Positions 57,929 to 64,000 of a stretch of 64,000 nucleotides of DNA are shown in pieces. The notes under the pieces were generated by a model, which was not told where the DNA came from, made no database searches, and saw only the letters and a program-made list of their open reading frames with translations. Source of the DNA: a virus; UHGV virus genome UHGV-0240317; one strand, written 5' to 3'. Made by a program: the position numbers and the translations under genes. Numbering within the stretch: position 1 is the stretch's first letter; each line of letters begins with the position of its first letter.

Positions 57929-58004
57929 TGGTGGAGAAGCAGGGAATTGAACCCTGTACTTAAGTTTGCAAAACTTATGTTTTAACCATGTAAACTACAT
58001 CCCC
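57929..58004 (-). tRNA. tRNA-Ala (anticodon TGC)
   Basis: Anticodon stem-loop TAAGT-TTTGCAA-ACTTA; T-arm CAGGGTTCAATTCCCTG; CCA. Confidence 0.65.
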
Positions 58005-58010
58005 AATGTC

Positions 58011-58086
58011 TGGTACAGGTGGAGGGAATTGAACCCATCGTCTTACTGATTAAGAGTCAGCCGCATAACCATTTTGCTACACCTGC
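58011..58086 (-). tRNA. tRNA-Lys (anticodon CTT)
   Basis: Anticodon loop CTCTTAA; T-loop TTCAATT; acceptor GCAGGTG/CACCTGT; CCA. Confidence 0.6.
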
Positions 58087-58093
58087 ATTAATT

Positions 58094-58170
58094 TGGTACA
58101 CCTAGAGAGATTCGAACTCACACTGAGCAGATTCTAAGTCTGCTGCCTCTACCAATTGGGTTATAGGTGC
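58094..58170 (-). tRNA. tRNA with anticodon TAG (Leu-type anticodon but class-I-like length)
   Basis: Anticodon stem-loop GCAGA-CTTAGAA-TCTGC; T-loop TTCGAAT; isotype uncertain. Confidence 0.5.
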
Positions 58171-58171
58171 A

Positions 58172-58624
58172 TTAAATCAAATGTCTTGAGAATTGACTGT
58201 GGCAATTTGGACACAAGAACCGAAGATTCTCTTTTCTATCATCTAACCAGTTCTCGTTAATGTGGTCAACATCAAGAGTTAGAGGATTACCCAACCAATC
58301 AGGTAACTGACCACATTTAGAGCACTTGTATTCGACACCAGAGGCTATTAAAGCTCTTCTTAGTTGTGAAGACCTCGCTCTTTCACCAGATTCACGTAGA
58401 ATTAGGATTTCTTCAGGCTTTCTTTTTGGTACAGTTTTAATCTTACCAGCCTTTTGTCCGAGAAAATGAGAAGTGTCTATTTCAAACTTTTCTATAACAC
58501 GCTTTAGATGTGACTGAGAACCACCTGCTGGTTTTCTCCCAAGCTTAATAAGTACTTCTCTGAATGATACTGAATCCTTTACTAAAGGTTCAAGAATATC
58601 TTTAGTCAAACTGCTGCGTGCCAT
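58172..58624 (-). CDS. HNH endonuclease (free-standing, inside tRNA cluster)
   Basis: 150 aa; C-terminal HNH/zinc motif CSKCGQ...LDVDHINENW...NLRFLCPNCH. Confidence 0.7.
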   Translation of the reverse strand: MARSSLTKDILEPLVKDSVSFREVLIKLGRKPAGGSQSHLKRVIEKFEIDTSHFLGQKAGKIKTVPKRKPEEILILRESGERARSSQLRRALIASGVEYKCSKCGQLPDWLGNPLTLDVDHINENWLDDRKENLRFLCPNCHSQFSRHLI

Positions 58625-58894
58625 GTGTCAATCTCCCATTAAATCTTTTTAGAGAACTTCTAAGAACCTAAGCAACAAGGTTCCACAACAAGCTGTAATA
58701 ACCTTAGAAGCCCTCTAAAAAGACCTAAAAAGGTCTTTGCATAGTCTTGTTTAATCCGGTGACTAGAACCTTTGGAGAGCTTGATATTATCTCTTCTCCG
58801 TGACACCTACTAGGTGCTTTATCAGTGCGTACAACAATACACGCGGTATACCAAAGCAACATCCGAATGAAGCTTGGCTTTAAATCTTATTAGG

Positions 58895-58982
58895 CGGTAA
58901 GTAAAGGAGTCGAACCCTCACCGTATCTCTACAGTGGCAACAGTTTTCAAGACTGTTTGGCTGCCATTAGCCGCTACCTACC
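58895..58982 (-). tRNA. tRNA-Ser (anticodon TGA), class II
   Basis: 88 nt; anticodon stem-loop ACAGT-CTTGAAA-ACTGT; long variable arm; T-arm GAGGGTTCGACTCCTTT; CCA not encoded. Confidence 0.6.
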
Positions 58983-58995
58983 CCTAATAAGACTT

Positions 58996-59078
58996 TGGCA
59001 TGGGACGGAGGATTTGAACCCCTTTGAAACGGTTTTGGAGGCCGTTGCTCATGCCTTAGAGTCTTAACATCGTCCCAT
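58996..59078 (-). tRNA. tRNA-Trp-like (anticodon CCA) with enlarged D-loop
   Basis: Perfect acceptor ATGGGAC/GTCCCAT, T-arm GGGGTTCAAATCCTCC, anticodon loop CTCCAAA on a 4-bp stem; 83 nt. Confidence 0.45.
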
Positions 59079-59220
59079 ATTATAATTCGAAGCTTACCGT
59101 ATTATCTCAACACTGTAAAGCCCCTTCTCAGATTATTTACATGTTCTGGAAAACATGAGATACAGACCACCTCCCTACAGGAAGACCCGCTTAGGTCGTC
59201 TAAGTAATCTGCTAACTAAT

Positions 59221-59297
59221 TGGCACACCCTACAGGATTCGAACCTGTAACTAACGATTTAGAAGACCGTTGCTCTATCCAATTGAACTAAGGGTGC
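59221..59297 (-). tRNA. tRNA-Arg (anticodon TCT)
   Basis: Anticodon stem-loop ACGGT-CTTCTAA-ATCGT; T-arm ACAGGTTCGAATCCTGT; CCA. Confidence 0.7.
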
Positions 59298-59544
59298 ATT
59301 AATCTTTAAAGACTCTCTGAGAAAGCCCTTAAAGATGCCCACCTTATTAATCATACCGTGGGCTAGTACGCCAAATTCTTCGATGAGGGATTGGAAGACC
59401 TCACTGGTGTTTAGCCTATCAAGCTACTGCCAGAAAAACATTGTCGTTTGCATTTATTTTAAATTTGCAAAATAGACGCTACGCAACGAAAACTAAGGTT
59501 ACTATAAAGTAGTCACATCTCAATGTCAACAACTTTATTGAAAG

Positions 59545-59619
59545 TGGTTGTAGGTGAGGGTATCGAACCCTCTTCTAACGGTTATCAGCCGTTTGCATTA
59601 CCATTTATGCTAACCCACA
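59545..59619 (-). tRNA. tRNA-Ile (anticodon GAT)
   Basis: Anticodon stem-loop AACGG-CTGATAA-CCGTT; T-arm GAGGGTTCGATACCCTC; CCA. Confidence 0.7.
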
Positions 59620-59621
59620 AT

Positions 59622-59698
59622 TGGAGGTTCAGATGGGAATCGAACCCACATTCATAGGGCTTATGAGACCCTTGCATTACCTTATCTGCGACTGAACC
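59622..59698 (-). tRNA. tRNA-Met (anticodon CAT)
   Basis: Anticodon loop CTCATAA; T-arm GTGGGTTCGATTCCCAT; perfect acceptor GGTTCAG/CTGAACC. Confidence 0.65.
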
Positions 59699-59702
59699 AT
59701 AT

Positions 59703-59778
59703 TGGTAGAAGTGGAGGGATTCGAACCCATCGCCTGTCAGATTAAAAGTCTGCCGCATCACCATTCTGCTACACTTCC
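59703..59778 (-). tRNA. tRNA-Lys (anticodon TTT)
   Basis: Anticodon loop CTTTTAA; T-loop TTCGAAT; CCA. Confidence 0.6.
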
Positions 59779-59927
59779 ATTAAATTATCTTTGTAGATAA
59801 GCTACCCAGACTTGCTTAAGGTCTGTAGCGATGTGTATTGTTGGGTTTAAATCTAGAATTTACCCTTTCACCCTTTGTGGTCGCATACTCACAGGTAAGC
59901 TTAATAACTTATCTACAAAGATAATTA

Positions 59928-60060
59928 CCAGACCGTTGTTTAACATCTTAAGTGCTACCATTACACCAACTCGACATCTGCCGAGTGAAGGAATCGAACC
60001 TTCTCCTTTTCTTTACCGGAGAAATAGATTGTTTAAAGTTTGCTGTAAACGGTCTTCTGT
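59928..60060 (-). ncRNA. structured RNA element (repeat-family member 3) containing a tRNA-like module without anticodon arm
   Basis: Closing stem ACAGAAGACCGTT/AACGGTCTGG; interior has canonical T-arm GAAGGTTCGATTCCTTC, 7-bp acceptor-like hairpin ACTCGGC-agat-GTCGAGT and D-arm-like GTGT-AATGGTA-GCAC. Confidence 0.35.
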
Positions 60061-60072
60061 AAATTTGTTGAG

Positions 60073-60151
60073 CCAGACCAAGTTTTAAAATTTTTTCAAA
60101 ATTAAATTGGCTTGAAAATATCATACGTACTTGCTGTAATTGGTCTTCTGC
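60073..60151 (-). ncRNA. structured RNA element (repeat-family member 4)
   Basis: Plus-strand CCAGACC...TTGCTGTAATTGGTCTTCTGC; same terminal boxes as members 1-3. Confidence 0.3.
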
Positions 60152-60211
60152 TCCTTTAAAGAATACTCGTAAGAACTCTTTAAGGGAGGGGCTAAATAGC
60201 CCTCTCAAAAT

Positions 60212-60289
60212 TGGCGGTTACGAAGGGATTTGAACCATCATCATCTCCCGTGACAGGGGAGTATTTTAACCAAATTAAACTACATAACC
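60212..60289 (-). tRNA. tRNA-Asp (anticodon GTC)
   Basis: Anticodon stem-loop CTCCC-CTGTCAC-GGGAG; T-loop TTCAAAT; CCA. Confidence 0.7.
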
Positions 60290-60294
60290 TTTAT

Positions 60295-60382
60295 TGGTGT
60301 GCCGTGTAGGAGTCGAACCTACCGAGTCTCAATGACAAGGGATTTACAGTCCCCACCGCTACCATCTACGGGATAACGACAC
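60295..60382 (-). tRNA. tRNA-Tyr (anticodon GTA), class II
   Basis: 88 nt; anticodon stem-loop GGGGA-CTGTAAA-TCCCT; long variable arm; T-arm GTAGGTTCGACTCCTAC; CCA. Confidence 0.7.
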
Positions 60383-60391
60383 ATTTAAATT

Positions 60392-60468
60392 TGGCGGTTA
60401 GTCAGGGATTCGAACCCTGTGCCATTCGCTTAACAGGCGACCGCACATACCTTATGTGCTTCCTAACC
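60392..60468 (-). tRNA. tRNA-Asn (anticodon GTT)
   Basis: D-stem GCAC/GTGC; anticodon loop CTGTTAA; T-arm CAGGGTTCGAATCCCTG; CCA. Confidence 0.7.
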
Positions 60469-60479
60469 TTAATACATTG

Positions 60480-60541
60480 CCAGACCGTGTTTTTTCTTTT
60501 ATCCGCAAAAAGTATTTTGTTGCTGTAAACGGTCTTCTGTA
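60480..60541 (-). ncRNA. structured RNA element (repeat-family member 1)
   Basis: Plus-strand CCAGACCG...TTGCTGTAAACGGTCTTCTGT; on minus strand directly follows tRNA 3' end. Confidence 0.3.
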
Positions 60542-60545
60542 AATT

Positions 60546-60621
60546 TGGAGGCGGGTGCAGGAGTCGAACCTGCCGATACCATGCTAATGAGACATGTGAG
60601 ACGCCCTTTCTCTATACCCGC
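60546..60621 (-). tRNA. tRNA-Met-type (anticodon CAT), second copy
   Basis: Anticodon stem-loop CATGT-CTCATTA-GCATG; T-arm GCAGGTTCGACTCCTGC; could be initiator or Ile-lysidine type. Confidence 0.55.
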
Positions 60622-60633
60622 AATTCTTAATGA

Positions 60634-60707
60634 CCAGACCAAATCTCTTCTTTGTCCGATTTACCTTCAGATGAATAAGATTAAGTTTGCTGTAATTGGT
60701 CTTCTGT
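60634..60707 (-). ncRNA. structured RNA element (repeat-family member 2)
   Basis: Plus-strand CCAGACC...TTTGCTGTAATTGGTCTTCTGT. Confidence 0.3.
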
Positions 60708-60713
60708 CAAAAC

Positions 60714-60791
60714 TGGCGTTCCAGAAGGGATTTGAACCCTCAGATATCCACTTTGAAAGAGTGGTGACTTTACCATTTTGTCTACTGGAAC
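60714..60791 (-). tRNA. tRNA-Glu (anticodon TTC)
   Basis: Anticodon stem-loop CCACT-CTTTCAA-AGTGG; T-arm GAGGGTTCAAATCCCTT; CCA. Confidence 0.7.
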
Positions 60792-60798
60792 ATTAATT

Positions 60799-60875
60799 TG
60801 GTCTCTGTTGGAGGACTTGAACCTCCGGCCTTACCGCCCCAAACGGAACGCTCTACCAAGCTGAGCTAAACAGAG
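60799..60875 (-). tRNA. tRNA-Pro (anticodon TGG)
   Basis: D-arm GCTC-AGCTTGGTA-GAGC; anticodon loop TTTGGGG; T-arm GGAGGTTCAAGTCCTCC; CCA. Confidence 0.75.
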
Positions 60876-61040
60876 ATAAACTTTTCAAACTCTATGTAAC
60901 CACTTTAACATTATTTTTTAGTGGTTGTCAAGAACTTTTTTAAAATATTTTTCAGTATCTTAGAAAAGCTCTCATTTCGTTTCTATGTAGAACATATTAA
61001 AGGGTATTAAACGCATTGTCAATACCCTTTTTAAAACTTT

Positions 61041-62456
61041 TTACCAGATGTAACGGTCAATCATTACTGCTCTGAGCATTACGCTGGTTGGGTCAAACTT
61101 CTCACCACCAAGCAGAGCTTTTAAAGTGGCTGGAGAGAACCCTGATACTATTGCTACACCATTATCCTTAACAGACACTTCGCAAGTACCACTACGGTTT
61201 GCTAAGTACCAGAATACCAGTTGTGGCATTTCGTATCCAGCTTTTTTGTACTTACTACGAATTACTTCAAAGTTTGTACGACCATTTGCACCGTCAACCT
61301 GATTAAACTCCATATCAGAGAAGATGATAAGCTTACTTGGCATATCTTTCTGAGTCAAGTTGTTTCTCTTACCTGTCTCAAGGATGCGGTCAAAAGCTGC
61401 TTGTAAGTTAGTTGAACCGTATTCAACGTGTCGCATCACCTGACGATGACGGTTTAGTAAATCACCACTCAGTTCGATGAAGTGAGGGTTTGTTGAATAG
61501 ACCATTAACTCATTTTTAAAGCAACCTGTATTGCGTTCTGCTACATACAAGGCAAGTGATACACCAATATCAAGAGCAGTAATGGAGCCAAATTTAACCC
61601 AAGACATTGAGTTTGAAACATCAGACATACATAGAATGTTTTCACCCTCTGCCATCCAGTTTGGTAGTGCTTTCCACTGCTCATTAGCAACATCTGCATT
61701 GCCATACTTAACAGATTTAATCACATCGTATGGGTAAACAGCACCAGCATTAATCTTAGTCTCACCCTTTGATAAGGACTCAATGTAAGCTTTGTAGCGT
61801 TCTCCATCTTTACGGTTAAACAGTTTTTGGTAACGTGCAGCAGCAAGTGAAGGAATCTTACTGTAGTCAATCTTGCCGAACTCATTAGCAGAGATTTTTT
61901 GCTCAACTGTATCAGATAGTGCAGACAAAAGTGTGCGGTACTCTTTCTCACTCAAGTTGGCAAACTTGCAGAAACGTTTTACAAACTGCTTATGACGTGG
62001 TTTGACTCGTGGTAACCACTTAGCTACCAAACCTGCTGTTGCAGGGTCTAGTAATGCTGCTTCTAAATGTTTGAAGGCATCTGTCTCGAAACGAGTACCT
62101 ACGAAGATTTTGAAGTCATCAAAACGACCAAGTTCTGCAATCTTATCCATAATGCGAAGAACCTGTGTAGGCTCTAAAACTTTATCTTCACTTGCTTGAA
62201 GCAAAACAGTTCTGAAGGCTTTACGCTCACCCATACCTTCTCGTACATCTCGCATATGAAGCAAAATACGAACTGCAACATCAACATCCTCACGCAAAGC
62301 TTTGTAGAACAAGTCTGGTAAGATTTCTACATTACTACGGCTTGAACCAGCAGCTTTGTAAAAGTCTACAAGAGCAGACATTGATGAAGTATGGTTTACA
62401 GCACCATTTTCAGTTCGACCTGCATGAAGGTGCGCATGTTTAAATAATTCGCTCAT
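61041..62456 (-). CDS. vWA-domain protein with MIDAS motif; candidate Ro60/TROVE-like or DUF2828-type RNA-associated protein
   Basis: 471 aa; helical N-terminal region then ILCMSDVSNSMSW (DxSxS) ... LIIFSDMEFNQ pattern that I recall from Ro60 vWA domains; ATG 62456. Confidence 0.45.
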   Translation of the reverse strand: MSELFKHAHLHAGRTENGAVNHTSSMSALVDFYKAAGSSRSNVEILPDLFYKALREDVDVAVRILLHMRDVREGMGERKAFRTVLLQASEDKVLEPTQVLRIMDKIAELGRFDDFKIFVGTRFETDAFKHLEAALLDPATAGLVAKWLPRVKPRHKQFVKRFCKFANLSEKEYRTLLSALSDTVEQKISANEFGKIDYSKIPSLAAARYQKLFNRKDGERYKAYIESLSKGETKINAGAVYPYDVIKSVKYGNADVANEQWKALPNWMAEGENILCMSDVSNSMSWVKFGSITALDIGVSLALYVAERNTGCFKNELMVYSTNPHFIELSGDLLNRHRQVMRHVEYGSTNLQAAFDRILETGKRNNLTQKDMPSKLIIFSDMEFNQVDGANGRTNFEVIRSKYKKAGYEMPQLVFWYLANRSGTCEVSVKDNGVAIVSGFSPATLKALLGGEKFDPTSVMLRAVMIDRYIW

Positions 62457-62537
62457 ATTTTACTCTCTTCTCTCATTTGTTGTTTGATGTGACAGACTTT
62501 AGAACAACTTTGTAGAGTCTGTCAACACCTTTTAAAA

Positions 62538-62909
62538 CTATTTTTTGAGAGTCGCTACAGCAGAGAACGTTGGTTTGTTATCTGTCTGGGGTTGACCACC
62601 ATTATCAGGAGCCTTCTTAGTGTCTGCTGCAATCGCTTTCATCTCACCTGCTGAGTGAGTCATGATAGTTTTACCGACCTCAATCATACTCTTGATGGTT
62701 ACATCGTCTGTGTTTAACCCGAACTCTGCAAGCTTAGCAGCATCCCTTGTAACAATCGCTTCAAATAACTTTGCAGCAAACTCAGCAGAATTATCAATGG
62801 TCAGTTGAGCTTTTACGAGTGAGCTTTTGTTACGAGAGCCTTTTGGTCTTCCGGATGGGTTTCCAGACTGGCCTTTTTTAAACTGGCCTTTGTTTGTTCT
62901 ATTTTTCAT
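62538..62909 (-). CDS. hypothetical protein with N-terminal KGQSGNPSGRPKG basic motif
   Basis: 123-aa ORF. Confidence 0.45.
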   Translation of the reverse strand: MKNRTNKGQFKKGQSGNPSGRPKGSRNKSSLVKAQLTIDNSAEFAAKLFEAIVTRDAAKLAEFGLNTDDVTIKSMIEVGKTIMTHSAGEMKAIAADTKKAPDNGGQPQTDNKPTFSAVATLKK

Positions 62910-63158
62910 TGGTATGCCTCTTATAAGACCTCTTAAAAGGCTTTTAAGATAAAAGATAGATATCCAGAAAGATATCTGTTTAAATAGCCTTTTTAGAGGA
63001 ACCTTTTAAGTTATCTTCTAAGTATTTATAAGCCTACACCTTGTCAAGTACTTTGTCAACAACTTTTTTAACTTGCAATAGTTCTTGACTTGTTGTATGG
63101 ATTACTGTACCATCTTACTTAAAGCTGTAGGTCTGCCTTGTTCTACAAAGGAGACTTA

Positions 63159-63320
63159 ATGAGAAAATCAAATAACCCGAAGAAAGGTAAAAATACCAAT
63201 CACTGTAAGGAATCAAAAAGGGTAGAGTTGCTCTACTATTCATCCTCTGAAATTGGTCTGTACCTGTTCTTTCAAAATTACAGAAGACAAGAGGATTATC
63301 TATGTGTAGTTCCCAATTAG
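63159..63320 (+). CDS. hypothetical small protein
   Basis: ATG 63159 preceded by AGGAG; 53 aa. Confidence 0.35.
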   Translation: MRKSNNPKKGKNTNHCKESKRVELLYYSSSEIGLYLFFQNYRRQEDYLCVVPN

Positions 63321-63535
63321 AAATCGCAGATATTATAGATTTATATCAAACTGCAAAGAGTCATGGCTATATAACCTCAATTGGAAAGAATAGTCACTAT
63401 GATGCTTTGACTGGAATGTATTTCAGGGCAATGGCTCAATCTAGTGAACAACACTTAATGGTTTCTTCCAGTGAGTTTACTTCGTTTCTCTATTGCAGCA
63501 AGATTATAAACCGCAGGAGAACTGAAAAATGTTAA
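63302..63535 (+). CDS. hypothetical protein
   Basis: 77-aa ORF. Confidence 0.4.
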   Translation: MCSSQLEIADIIDLYQTAKSHGYITSIGKNSHYDALTGMYFRAMAQSSEQHLMVSSSEFTSFLYCSKIINRRRTEKC

Positions 63536-64000
63536 CAGTAAGTTTTAATTACAATAGTGATGGCTCTGTATCAATTAATTCACCATATGCAAATGACCTT
63601 CTTAAAGAGCTAGTCAATCAGTGTGATAGAGGTCTCCACTATGTTCAAAATTCTTTTAAACAGAAGACTATTGCTAATAACTTGATGCGTGTAACAGTAA
63701 CGGCATCGAATCCAAATTATGACTTTGATAGTGAAAGTCCGTACTCATTAGTTGCTCTTGGAGAGAGCAGCCAATTCAAACTTGTTTGCCACGACTCAGA
63801 AACATTCCTTAAGGTATTTTCCAACCTTATCCATAATAATAAGTACAGCTACGTTGATGGTAGTGTAAATTTCTATCCAGCAAACTACACATGTTTATTG
63901 GTTGATAATATGAGAAAAAGTAAGCAAGAGCCTACAGAAATCTCATTTGATGTGAACTCTAGTCCAGACGCAGAAACAAGTAAGAACTTTGATATGAGTT
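63529..64000 (+). CDS. hypothetical protein, N-terminal part (runs off window end)
   Basis: ATG 63529, open frame MLTVSFNYNSDGSVSINSPYANDLLKELVNQ... continues to window end. Confidence 0.45.
   Translation, partial: MLTVSFNYNSDGSVSINSPYANDLLKELVNQCDRGLHYVQNSFKQKTIANNLMRVTVTASNPNYDFDSESPYSLVALGESSQFKLVCHDSETFLKVFSNLIHNNKYSYVDGSVNFYPANYTCLLVDNMRKSKQEPTEISFDVNSSPDAETSKNFDMS

Noticed and set aside
58996-59078. tRNA with a 9-nt anticodon loop (frameshift-suppressor type)
   Set aside because: A 4-bp stem with a canonical 7-nt loop CTCCAAA (anticodon CCA) is the more conservative reading.
59979-60060. Conventional minus-strand tRNA gene using the T-arm at 59987-60003
   Set aside because: No 5' acceptor strand complementary to ACTCGGC and no anticodon stem-loop upstream; the acceptor partner lies immediately downstream as a hairpin, so it is treated as a tRNA-like module of a larger element.

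Overview
This window is a gene-dense segment of a large virulent tailed phage. The gene content is mosaic: contractile-tail structural genes together with a T7-like replication set, most like Felix-O1-type myoviruses (inference; no search was possible).

Layout, left to right:
- 1-20 kb, minus strand: nucleotide metabolism and replication. A truncated NAMPT-like gene and a PRPP-synthetase-like gene, anaerobic RNR (nrdG, and nrdD split by a group I intron carrying an HNH endonuclease), glutaredoxin, nrdB, nrdA, a FEN/RNase-H-like nuclease, an SSB-like protein, a gp4-like primase-helicase and a dNMP kinase.
- 20-31 kb, plus strand: a T7-like family A DNA polymerase interrupted by a small ORF-less group I intron, an adjacent HNH-AP2 endonuclease, ATP-dependent DNA ligase, small accessory genes bracketed by two unusual repeat arrays, then frd and td.
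- 31-55 kb, minus strand: the morphogenesis module, from two tail fibre genes through baseplate, tape measure, tube, sheath, capsid, protease/scaffold and portal to the large terminase.
- 55-61 kb, minus strand: about 27 tRNA genes interleaved with an HNH endonuclease, small ORFs and a family of conserved structured elements, one of which carries a tRNA-like module without an anticodon arm.
- 61-64 kb: a vWA-domain protein with a MIDAS motif, then small ORFs.

The most interesting leads are the vWA protein plus the structured-RNA family (a possible Ro60/Y-RNA-like system), the NAMPT-like/PRPP-synthetase-like pair (a possible NAD+ reconstitution counter-defence module), and the GGT-periodic repeat arrays with covarying hairpins.

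All calls come from reading the sequence and translated ORFs by eye. No database search or folding program was run. tRNA coordinates are approximate (about +/-3 nt), and functional names for structural proteins rest mainly on size and gene order.
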